A stretch of 64,000 nt of DNA from Ramazzottius varieornatus (lineage: Eukaryota > Animalia > Tardigrada): contig BDGG01000007.1 of assembly GCA_001949185.1 (NCBI GenBank), positions 2,190,730 through 2,254,729 on the forward strand. Reading direction: 5' to 3'. The notes beneath the pieces were generated by a model, which ran no database searches, was not told the DNA's origin, and saw only the letters and a list, made by a program, of their open reading frames with translations. The position numbers and the translations under genes are program-made. Shown here piece by piece: positions 11,040-22,514 of the stretch; within the stretch, counting starts at the first letter, position 1; each line of letters starts with the position of its first letter.

Positions 11040-12174
11040 ATGGCATTATCTTTGTGGATGACTGTTCTCTTCAGCTTGTCTGCTGTAAGCTTTGATGGAT
11101 GGTCGAGGAATAATCGGACGGTGGCAATTTGTGTACAATTTAATCTGCTTTCTGTTTGCAGGTACTTGCTCAACGTCGTCCGCAGACGGGGATGGACGAT
11201 GAATCCCGCTTCGTTATCACCGGAGTCAATCGTCGAGGGGACTCATCGGATCGTCTGACTGACAGGGACTCTAGTGGACGTAATCGCCGTGGAGGTTCGG
11301 CGGGCCGCTTTGCCGATTTCTTCAGAATCGAGACGGAGATTCAACGGCTGGACAATCCGGCAGGTCAGCTACTAGAATAATTCATTTAGCCTGCCTGCTT
11401 GTGGCTCTGCAGTCTTCTTCTCCAGTTCATCGTATTATTACCTCGCGCAGGCATTTTGGCCAACGGAAAGAAATGCGACTTTACTGGCGCCTGCGATCCT
11501 GTAGTTACCGCCTTCCTCGACCTGTAAGATCAAATTGATGCCCATCCTTCCACCCCAAGTTAGTTGACACTATTTAAATTTTCCCACGAAATGCTTGTCT
11601 GGCAGGGAATCGCCACTGTCACCTTGGCCAGGTTCGGTTGCAGCTAGTAAATGGAAGACCATCTTCGAAGCCACCGACCAGAACTCACCCACCATCGGCA
11701 GGTCTGTCATTCGCGATATGTGTGGAGGATCGGCCAGCGTATGTTTGTCATCCACCGAGAAAATTAACGTCTTCATTTCCATAGAGTGTTATCCAAAGCT
11801 CATGTTGTGAGCTGACTGCAAGAGCCGCTTGTTATATACTGTAGAATGTCAACCTGAGGGTGTTGGTCAACGATGCCGACAGCCTGTCTTCACAAGACGA
11901 GATTGGCAAGTTCAGCTGCCTCTTCCAACTTGATGCCCGTGATGTCGCCATGGACTCGCTGTCGGCTCAGTGGGGTCCCTCCACCGAATGCACGGCCGAA
12001 GCTCAGCAAGGGAAAATCAGGTCAGAATAATTCATTCCTGCCTGTCCCTTTGCAGTCTTCTTTTCCAACTTATCGTATTATTAATATTACCTTGTATCTT
12101 TATGCAGATTATTCGCCCGGCGAAGAGCCTTCGAGATCCCCTCCACCAGCTGTCGGGCACCTTCTTCCCTATAA
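11040..12174 (+). CDS. AMNP: Anhydrobiosis-related Mn-dependent peroxidase (g12777-type), 231 aa
   Basis: Exons 11040-11084, 11162-11363, 11451-11523, 11606-11738, 11845-12020, 12108-12174. Translation gives a signal peptide, a disordered Arg-rich N-terminus, and a domain G63-L231 with D92, D98, D161, D163 and six Cys. The numbering matches my recollection of R. varieornatus g12777; not verified by search. Confidence 0.88.
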
Positions 12175-14853
12175 ATGACTTTTCTTTTGATCGGAGATCC
12201 GAGGGTTGCGATAGATGGCTCTGACACTGACCAAAAGCTATAGCCAACTTCTAGCTGCTTCAATATATCTGTGACATTTTAGTCTTTAGTCTTTGCCTTG
12301 TTTCTTACACTCTATCCATTATAGCAAATTTTGCACCATCTTGTGTAAGTACTCGGGGTTATCGCTTTCGACAAGTCGACACCTTACCACAATGAGGAAA
12401 GCGCTTGTCTTCTCCTGTTCAATTTGATTTATAGCGGTTAACTACGGTGCGTTTTACCGACACGAAGGCGGAAGTGACTTTGCCGGAATGAAGGCACTCG
12501 TAATATTCGGATGCGACGCGAACCCCGATGCCCTCCTTTAGTGAGGAGGCAACCAGTACATAAAATGTGGGGTGGGCGGGTGGAAGAAATTCTTCTCCTG
12601 TAACAAAACGGAAAAACAAAACGAATGAAAGAATGTGGGCCACATTGTACAGTGAGGATGAAAGTACAGATAAAGAACCCGATATGGAGAACGAAAGCCA
12701 AATGAGGCGTAACAATATGTACCAGCATGAAACGGTGTAAAGAAGGAAGGAAGGTGTGGAGTGATGGAAAGACAGTGGTCAGCACACGTTGAGCAAAATT
12801 AAAGTCGATTTAACTTTGAATAATTGTAGCTTCATTACTGCACCTGCAGTAAGCTTGCGCCTACCCAAAGCAATCGAATTCGAATGACGAGATGGCATAC
12901 ACTCCCTTCATTGTCATCTTTTATCATGCAGACCCGAATTGAAACTGTAAGCATTATTGAAACGTTATCGTCGCAATTGCATTGAGTTGACCTCAGACTG
13001 GGTATAAGCGGTACTATTTGACGCGGATACTACATCGTTAGAGAGAAGCCGATAAAGTTGAGGGTGTTCAGTAGTCCTCACGACAGGCAGTACAGTACAG
13101 TAAAACTCCGTTGATTGTGTTGATCTTGAAAGTGGATCACGCAGTTTCGCTTTCAAGATAAGCATCCCTCGAGTAGCTCATCTTGAAAGCGAAAACGGAT
13201 TATCCTCTGCACACTTGACTCAAAATTTCGAATTTTCATTTCTCAGCTGATCTCTATCTGCACAGTGCTTCACCTTGCGAGATACCGTTTCGCGTACGGG
13301 CTTCTTGATACCTATTAGTGTCGGAGATATCAAAAGACAGAGACTAACCAGAGAGAAAACCATGAATTTCAACTTAGTCAGGAGGCAAAGTTTGCCTACA
13401 GACCTATCCCGCAAAACTCGCGCATGTCCGGTCCCGTTTCCGAGACTTGCGAAAAATCCAATTTGCCTCACTCACGACTAATTTCCGTTGGTCAAGCAAA
13501 CTCAGATTTTAAATTAACCGTTTGCGACATAAACAGCTCGTCGTGAGGAAGACTAGTGTTATCACTCCCATACTGTATCATACGCAGAAAGTGTAAACCT
13601 GTATCACGGTATAATCAAAGCAGGATTTTAAAAGAAGCGCTCCAACCGTAATCATCTTCATCCACAATGTTTTATCTCCTATATAGTGCACAAAAAGGCT
13701 TCAGGTGAGTGACATCAATTTCTACAATGAAAACATCTCTTCAATTCGGCTAGATCAAAATGCTGGTCGATATATCATCTCTACAGTACCCACGTCCGTT
13801 TTCCTACAATATCTGATACCAGGGATCAACTGGACCTGTTTCTCAAGTCATGTTTCCGGCTTGCACAGCATAAGTATATATTTTATGCGGTGCAGTTATC
13901 CACGGCTTTTGTTTTGCCTAATATCGCTGCACAGAATTTGAAATTCTGTGCAAGCTGAGTTGATTGTACTATTGACCCCCTTGGTCGAAATTTTAAATTT
14001 TGGTGGAGTGGAGCGTGATCAGACCAATCAGCGAATTGGACTTGGCGCGTCAAGTGATCCGAGCTACACGCCTCTCCCACATTGCGCCACTTGACTTCCG
14101 CTCTCGTTCCTTCTCGAAGTCCATCATGTTTTCGACAGAAACTAGCATTGAAGTTAGGAAGAGATGATTGTCTTCCCGAAACTATCGCCAGAAAAAGCGA
14201 AAGAAGTCAGGGCTTTATCCAGTAGAGTGCTAAATGACAGGCCCCACGAATTCCAACGCCCTGCTGAACTCGCGTGGCCTAATATCCCTTTATGCTAATA
14301 TCCTGTGCCGGAAGTGAGCAAACCGCCAAACGGTTTCTGCACAGAAACTGGCACAGTATAAAATCATGAGATTTTATTCTTTTCAGAGCCGAAACGTGAC
14401 TTGCGAAACCGGTTTTTTGTTCAGTTAAGGCATCGAATAGTTCCAAATCGACTGCATTCGCTACCGAAAGTCGGGTCTCCGAAATCGCAAGTAGAGTAGA
14501 TGTAGTCGACATGACGTACGACTCACCAGCCGTTTGACATAAGGGCTAGCCGTTATGTCAAACGGCTAGCCGGACTTACAAAATAGCTTCGATTGGTTTT
14601 TAACCATCAGATTACAATGAATTACGATATTAGTCAACATGACATGATCTTACGCGATGTAATATGTAATAAATAGCTGAAATATGATCTCCGGGTAGTT
14701 TCTATAGCACAACAAGTTCGAAATTCGAATCATCCATAAACCCGAAGAATTTTAGTGTTCGCTGGAATTTTGTTCGTAAAAAGAAATGGAGAAGATCTGG
14801 GTCTCAAAACCTGCTGAGTCATCATGATGAAGCCGGCTTAAGCCGTTTGCGGC

Positions 14854-15356
14854 TAAGGTTGTGCATTCCAGGCCAAACCCTCTTGGAATGGAAAATAGGA
14901 AGGAATTCCTAATATTCCTATATCCTATTTTCCTTTTCCAAAATTCTTTAATGGAAACTTGGAATTCTAAAACACTGCGAAAACGTCTGTTTACGTGAAA
15001 CATATCGACAAAAACTACAATTTTTACCCTAGTAATGCTTGTACCATGCCTCTTCGACCCAAAGTGTTTTTTGCTAACCGTCAGAATTCACAGCCACGTC
15101 GAAAAATCCGACCGTGCATCCCATAAAACCCACCATTTTTATGGGTCCGAGGGACCTTCGATTAAGTGATCCGTCAATGATCCGCAAAACCTGAAAAATA
15201 GAGGAATTCCTCATGGAATTCGTACTAGTTTTCCAGATTTCGTCTGTTTCCAAAATAGGAATTCCACCGTTCTAGATTCTCACCCCTTGGAACGGAGAGG
15301 AATTCCTGGAAAGGAACGGAATATGGAAAGGAATGGAACTGGAATGCACAACCTTA
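14854..15356. mobile_element. hAT-like MITE with internal GGAAT/ATTCC repeats
   Basis: Perfect 18-bp TIRs TAAGGTTGTGCATTCCAG (14854-14871 / 15339-15356); 8-bp TSD TTTGCGGC / TTCGCGGC (7/8). Confidence 0.8.
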
Positions 15357-15559
15357 TTCGCGGCTAGTCGAGTTGAGCTGAGCTACGTCAAGCTACATCC
15401 GGTCATCTACACTACTCGCAAGTCGGAACATCTGGTCAGTTTTTGCGCGTTTCCCCACTGTTTTCACTCTCGGGGCCTCGACCAAGCTGTTTTCGATCCT
15501 TATTCCTCAATGCGACACTTTTGCAAACACGTTTCGCCTAAATCTCTGGGAGCCGATTG

Positions 15560-16085
15560 ATGGCGGGTTCTTCTGTTGCAGGAACCGAGCCAAATCAGCC
15601 AATGGGCAGTCATGAACGGACCGAAGCCAATGCGACAGAGAACCAAGCAGCATCCGCTACCGGAAGCGAGGCGCGAAACGATGGCCAGACCGTCATCGGC
15701 CGGAACGATCTGCATTTTGACCTGGTTCACGAGTTCTTCAAACATTTCTACACTCTCCAACGTTTCAAGTATCGCCGGTATGTAGCTCTTGACAGAAGAA
15801 ACACAGAAATGGGACGTGGGCAAACGAGATTAGCCAGATCTTTTCCGAAGTGGCGCGCAACTTCGGTGTAAGCTAATTGTGACAGCGATCTGGGTCCCTT
15901 TTCTCAAAGATAATCATGTAGGAAAGAATTCCAAAGCACTGTGGTTGTTTTGCTACAGGGTGGCTTCGGGATTCAACACCTTGCTGCTGGACCAAGGATC
16001 GCGTTTGACAGCGCTATCGCTGAGAAGTCCCACTTCATTTTTGGACGAGCTTCGGCCGCCAGACCCCCCAAGCACCGCAGCCTGA
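15560..16085 (+). pseudogene. Short or truncated F-box-like gene
   Basis: Exons 15560-15777 and 15959-16085 give DLHFDLVHEFFKHFYTLQRFKYRRVASGFNTLL, an F-box-like pattern. Early stop, with coding-looking sequence continuing in other frames to ~16350. Confidence 0.4.
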
Positions 16086-16740
16086 AGAGCAAAGTCAGCT
16101 TCTCGGCAAGTCAGATACGCCTCGCCCCACAACGGTCTTCATCGATCTGCAGAGAAAGCATCTATGCCGTCCAGTGACTGCTTATTGGGGTGATATTGAT
16201 GATAGACCACACAACGAACGTTATCCTGTCCAACTTCGTCGCGGAGTTTAACGAGTTCCTCGACGTCGAACGCAATCTCAACGTTCTCCACTTGCTGGGA
16301 TGTGGGCCAGAACTTTGGTCTGGAAGGTCACGGTTGCAAAAGTCTGGTTGAGGTTCCACTATTTTGGTGGTTTACAGATCGGCGGGTCAGTGATACGATA
16401 GGGCCGATCCCGACGAAGACTATGCAGGGTGAAAACTTCGAGTTCTATGAGCCTGTTCGGTCAGAATCGATGTTATCTTTCTAGTGTTGATGCGAAGCTC
16501 GTGAACACAATAACGACGTTGGGTTTGTAGAATCGCCTACTATTCCCTTGTAGCTGAACGTCGACAAACAAACTCGACCAGATCGTTCTTCCAAGTGGCG
16601 CGCGTTGTCAGTCAATTACACCGAAGACGTGCGCCGCTCAGAAAGGTAATCTTGCAAAGCTGTTTATCCGAGCTTCCATATAACGCGGTAATTTAGCTTC
16701 ATGAAAAGGAAAACAAACGGCTGGCTGTACAACGCAAGCA

Positions 16741-17293
16741 TTATATGAGGGAAACTAGTTTGAACTTCTGTGGTTGAGGATCAGGATGAATATGTACAAA
16801 GGTCTTGAAAATGGTGTGTCCTTCTCGTCCAGTATAGGCTTCCCTGACATAACGATGCTTCCAGTTGGGATTGATCGCTTCCGTCGTCACAAACAATCTT
16901 CCGTGCTCCAGGGCGAACAACGTCCTGTCCCTGCCCATTCCCACCTACAAACCAAAACACAGACGGACTTCCAGTACATCTCCAGAAGCAAAATTGTCTT
17001 ACGTGTTCGCCAGGATGACAGGTTACAGTGACTTGTCGCACGAGGATCGTGCCCGGTGTAACTCTCTCGCCTTCCTTCACCCAGAAGCCGCGCTGCCATG
17101 CTCGAAAGCCCATCCTCCGACCTCCGGGCCCTCCATCAGGGCCGTACTTCTGTAGAGAAACGGTTAAGTGTATGCAGGCAGATGGGACGACGGGCTGTAG
17201 GGAAGGACATGAAAGAAGCGCAAGATAGTTTCGCGACAGTGGCCGAAGCAGCGCAGGCAGACTTGACAGTGTTATCGCCATCTGCTGAATCAT
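16741..17293 (-). CDS. mRpL27: Mitochondrial ribosomal protein bL27m
   Basis: Exons 17293-17003 and 16944-16741 (58-nt intron). Motif EGERVTPGTILVRQ...HPGEHVGMGRDRTLFALEHG...QKFKLVSLI. Start may be 17281. Confidence 0.9.
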
Positions 17294-17675
17294 CAGTTGA
17301 CGTCCGGTGGCTTACTGCTCTTTTCGATCAGTCCTGGAAAATAGATAAGTTACAAACTGACAGAACATTAGGATGAAACATAGAACTACGGCAAACTGGA
17401 AAAGATCTCTCAGTGACTCTAAAGTCTCAACCGGAAACAGCTGAGACTGCTCAATCAAATGAGCATTGAGCTACGCAGGTTTATTTGAACCACAAGACTG
17501 TCATGCAATCAGGCAACTGTTGATTGGGTGGCGCCTTGATTGATTAAATCAACGCAATTTCACTAATTTTCAAACGTTTTTGCGTTGTGTTTCCGGTGCG
17601 AGTTCTTGCTCTGACCTTCTTCGCTCTTCCTCTCCACCGTTTCAAAGATCTGTACCGTCCCAGAGATTCCTGAAG
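17294..17675. promoter_or_regulatory. Probable bidirectional promoter region between mRpL27 and ERAL1
   Basis: Divergent start codons ~380 bp apart. Confidence 0.6.
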
Positions 17676-19765
17676 ATGTCTTTTGTTGGTCGCTCGGCAC
17701 GGCAGTGCTGGACGCTGCTTTCGTCGCAGCGGAGTCATCATATTATGTCGAAGTCAGCCTATCCTCTCCCGTCGTCTGACATCTACCACTCCATCATGCC
17801 CACCTCGATATTCCGGTGTCAAGTTTTACGATACTCAACGCGGTCGGATCCCAGGATGAATCTGGTTTCGGACGAGGAAGGCGATCCGGATGACGATATA
17901 GAAAAGGCGCAGATTCCTGTCCATCCTGACGACAGTTTCGTCGCACCTTCTTTCGTAGAGGAGCCTGTAGAACCTGCCTTTTGGGACCGAAGAGTACCCA
18001 GAACACTTGGTAAGCTTCTTCTCGAACACACAAAAGTTTGGTCTGAGTTTCTGATTTTCAGCTGAGTTTAAAACTATCGCGCAGCGACCAGCAACGCAGC
18101 CTGTCAACCCGAAGCTCCTTCGGATGTCCATTGTCGGATCACCTAACGCTGGAAAATCTACCCTTGTCAACCAGATCATCGGATGGAGAGTGAGTTACGA
18201 TCTTGTTCTATGTTTCTTTTCGTCCAGGATTCTGGCAAATTTTCGTCGGCGAAGAGTTCAAATAGAGGAGTGAATTTATGTCGTGAATCAAGATTCAGGA
18301 AACATTTGATTTGACTTTTCAATACCAAGTATAAGACAATATTCGTATGTGTGTGATATCATGTCATGACAGGAAGCCATCATATAACAGCCTAACGGAA
18401 GTTGACTTTCTGAACGAGCCGTTGCACGCAGAACTGTCCGACGCATTTCTTCTTCCGTCTGCAGGTCTGTTCGACGTCATCCAAGGTTCATACAACCAGA
18501 CGGAACACCCTCGCCATCACCACAGAAGGTAACGTTCAAATTGTCTTGGTCGACACACCTGGTGTCATCTCCAAGGAGCACGCCGTCAAGCACCACGTCG
18601 AGCGGTCGCTGGTGGTGGACCCGGAAGGCAGCTTCCAAGCCGTAGACCTCGTCGCTGTCCTGGTGGACGCTTCCATGCGCTACTCGGAACACGGTCTCGA
18701 TCGGAAGATCCTTCAAATGCTGTACAACAACCCTCACCAGAACGCCATACTAATACTGAACAAAGTAGATTTAGTTAGGAAGAAAACCAAGCTGTTGGAG
18801 ATGTGTCGTACACTGACCAGTGATAGCATCGACTTTCGACCATTTCCCCGGTTCGAACCAGTGAAGATCCACTTGACCAAGAGGCAGAAGGCGCAGCTGG
18901 CGGAAGAGAAGTTCTTTAGAGAAACAGACCCGAACTTTAAACCGGCGTTAAGTCCTGAAGAAATGTTCTGGAAGGACGTGGAGACGTATCAGAAAATGGA
19001 GACTGGTTTGGACAGACAGGTCTTCATCGACAAGAAAACGGGATGGCCGAAGTTCAAAGAGGTTTTCATGATTTCTGCTCTGGACGGCGATGGAACAGCC
19101 GAACTTAAAGTACGTTAAGACAAATGTGGAAAATGTTTGGTACGAATGCGAGAAGGTCGTTTGTCCAAGAGCGCACGGTCGCAGCCAGTAGCACTCGTTT
19201 CGTACGCCACTTGAGAAAACGCTCTTGTCGAGTTTGTTAGGCGAGGTTCTCTTCCAAAGCAACAACCTTGCGATATTTTTTTGTATTCCCGGAATATAGT
19301 CTGCTTTTTTCTCGATTTTTTAGGACAGAAATTTAATCGGTCTTGGCTTTTGCAGAAATATTTGATGAAGAATGCCTACTCGGCCGACTGGAGATTCAAT
19401 CCTGAGCTAGTCTCCAATCAGTCACCGAAAGAAATGGTTCTCATGGCGGTTCGAGAAAAACTGCTGGAACATCTCAGAACGAAGCTTCCATACCAAATGG
19501 AACTCTTCCTGAGCGCATGGGAAGTTGATGAGAAGGGAACGCTCCGGCTGACGGTTCAGATCAAATGTCCAAGGAAAGGCGCAATGGTACGTGCGATGGT
19601 TTCCCGCTGCAATCTTTGAACAGATGTTGAATAAGTTTTGGTTTGCAGAGACACGTGGTCGGGCAGAACGGTAACCGTGTTCGCGAGATCGCCTATGAAG
19701 CCGGCCAAGAAATGATGAACTTCTTCCGTTGTGAAGTTCTCTTGAAACTAGTCGTGAACTACTAA
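17676..19765 (+). CDS. ERAL1: Mitochondrial Era GTPase, ~484 aa
   Basis: Exons 17676-18009, 18062-18189, 18465-19109, 19356-19586, 19649-19765. G1 GSPNAGKS, G2 KVHTTR, G3 DTPG, G4 NKVD, G5 ISAL; C-terminal KH-like region (VREKLL..LPY..VVGQNG). Confidence 0.93.
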
Positions 19766-20092
19766 GACCCCTTCACAATACCGGTCGTAATGTGCACAGC
19801 TTGAGTTGATTGTCAGCTGGTCAGATTAGTGTTTTAATTTTATTGACTGGTTACCGCATTCCTTTGAGGGCTTTGTAGATAAAAACCATTCGGTAGATCT
19901 GAGAAGATGTTCAATGACGACTTTTAGAGTAAAGCTTGTGCGGTCTTTGGTCCTCCGGAACGAAAGTTCTACGCGGCTATCGTGATAAAACCGAACGACC
20001 AATACTGGTCAAACACGCAAAAAACATCCGCCTGATGAATAGCAACCATCGTAGAGTAGTGAAATTAGAGGTGAACTGCCTCCCAATTAAAG

Positions 20093-21163
20093 ATGAGAAG
20101 CTTCTTGGGGGCGCTGGGGCATTTGTTACTCTTCACAGTGGTGCATTCGGCTGACATTTCTGATGGTGTCCTAAATCCGGATCGGCCTGTCAAGCTACAC
20201 CGAAAACATCGAGCCAGCCAGCGTCAGGGAGCAGCTTCAACCACAACGCGGTCACGATCTACGACCAGGAAGCATTTCTCGATGAAACTTGGACCCAATT
20301 CCTTCATGACTGTCTCTGACACAGACGAGAAGTACGACGACTTCGAGCCTGATACCTCACTTCCGGGCCACTCATCCACTGTCTTCAGAACCTTCAAATC
20401 CACAGTCAAGAGTGTTAGCCTTCCTTTCAAGAAAAAGCCGCTGTCACGGTCACCTTCCCCCCGCTATTCGGTAATAGCGCAAAAGCGGGTGAATATCTGT
20501 CCAATACCAAAGATGTCTTCCAGGATGACGATGGCGACAGTGCTTTACAGCAACCGTCGAAATCTGCTCCTTCTTCTTCTACGCAGGCTTCCTCTTTGAG
20601 CTCTTTGCCTCCTCTAAGAGCGGTTCTAAGCAAATCAAACGATAGAGATGATGTTGACGATGCGGATGACCAGACTTTCCAGAAGGCGATTGCGAGCATT
20701 TCCGGGTCGCAGATCAATCAAGTCAACCAACAGATGCCGGGCGTTGTGAACCTCAACGGCTTTCGTCCGGTGTCTCCACCTGCGATTCCCAACGCTGCTA
20801 CCATGCCTGTGATGGTCGCTGCCATTCCTTTGCCTCCTTCCCTACCGTCCAACACAACGGCAGGACCACCATCGGCAACCACACTTCCTGGGTTTCTGGT
20901 CGGTTCGCCATATCCGTTCGTCATGGAACCGCCGGATATACCGTACTTTGGGTCGAAATGGAATGGACCTTGGGGGTATCTCATGCTACCACCTGCTGGC
21001 CACCAAGTCAGACGTTTACTGGTCTTCCTTTGTTTGCAGCTATCCGATTGGGCATTACCAGGCTTTCCGTGGAACGGGGCAGTACATTACGCATTATCGG
21101 TATTATCCGATATCGTACTACAGTTCATTGCTGGCTCCCTTCGCTTCTGCAATGTCGGGCTGA
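20093..21163 (+). CDS. Secreted low-complexity protein with conserved Tyr/Gly/Pro C-terminal domain (paralog 1)
   Basis: Signal peptide MRSFLGALGHLLLFTVVHSA. Frame changes near 20460-20590, via an unresolved phase-0 intron or an indel in a C run. Last intron 20976-21039. Tail GFLVGSPYPFVMEPPDIPYFGSKWNGPWGYPIGHYQAFRGTGQYITHYRYYPISYYSSLLAPF. Confidence 0.72.
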
Positions 21164-21955
21164 CAAGGGATTCACGCCAGTCTGTCCGCTCTGATATTCA
21201 AACAAATACGACAGAAAGAGAGAGGAGAGTTTGATCCACACACTGAGATAGACTGAATCGGCGGAATAAAACCTGGGAAACACCGCAGGAAGCGGAAGTG
21301 ACGTCAAAATTCTGGGCGGATCATCAGTGTGACAGTGAATCAACCGATTTGATTGCCTACTGGTTGATTTTATATTGATTGATCCCGCTGCACTTGCGCA
21401 CTCCAGCTTGGTTGATATTGATATCCATTAACTCTGGAGTAAGAAGAGAAGCTGGTGGATTATCTCACTGCGATGTTTTGTATTGTTAACGGCAATGATA
21501 CCTTTGACCAGTGTCTTCAACTGCTTGTCAGCCCCGCTCGGTTGATCGTCCAGTTGGAAGAACTGCTTGTAGTCGTCCTCCAGAAGCTTCAGAACATTCA
21601 ACGGATTGTCGGAATCCATAGCGGCCACGTGTAGAGATTACTCAGTGACGGAACGAAGAAGGTAAGAGCAAAGAAGGAACAGGTGCAACAAAACGGGTTC
21701 CGCTCAGCTGAGCGGAGAGTGCAAGTGCAGCGGGATCAATCGATATGAAATCAATCAGTAGGCAATCAGATCGGTTGATTTACTATCACACTGATGATCT
21801 GCCCTGAATTTTGACGTCACTTCCGCTTCCTGCGGTGTTTTCCAGGTTTTATTCCGCCGATTCAGTTTGTCTCAGTGTGTGGATCAAACTGTCCTCTATC
21901 TTTCTGTCGTATTTGTTTGAATATCAGAGCGGACAGACTGGCGTGAATCCCTTGT
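21163..21955. repeat. Long inverted repeat / foldback, ~242-bp arms (21163-21404, 21714-21955) around a ~310-bp spacer
   Basis: Arms are near-identical reverse complements (ACAAGGGATTCACGCCAGTCTGTCCGCTCTGATATTC... / ...GAATATCAGAGCGGACAGACTGGCGTGAATCCCTTGT). No clear TSD. Confidence 0.92.
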
Positions 21956-22514
21956 GAGGGCGGTGAGCGTTTTCGTCAGTCTTGTCACGCTGCTGGTTTT
22001 ATAAACATGCGAAAGCCTTGCGCTCTCTCTGTTGGTTATGATGGTCGCCGTTTTTGTTAAGTTTTTGGGGAAAAAAGCGAGCGTTGTTAAATTTACTATG
22101 CTGTACTTGGCATGACTTGAAGCCCAACATGTCGGGGGAAGTGACGAAGGCTTGCTTTTGATTTGATCAATAAGAGATCGCCGAAAGCTAGATGGTCTTC
22201 ATCATGATCAAAACTCTAACGGATGTCTAATCAATAAGCCATAACTTGTGTGCCACTGAACGTCTTGCAATTCTCAGGCAACTAACCGCCTCGTCTTCTT
22301 TGAACAGAAGACAGAGCTTGAAGGTTTGACACACCGCTATTCAGTGATGCGACCAGAGCTTGCACTACGTTTCATATTTTGTCAGGTCGACAGAAAGAGC
22401 CATGAGAAACAGCTCTCCGCATGACATCGTTCAAGTTCACGCATACCAACTATAATTCTCCAAGTGTTGGAAGTGCAGGAACAAGTGATACATCTCCGTC
22501 TTACCCAAGCCAGA

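Noticed and set aside
12419-12785. Coding-looking purine-rich stretch
   Set aside because: Multiple stops; no family could be assigned.
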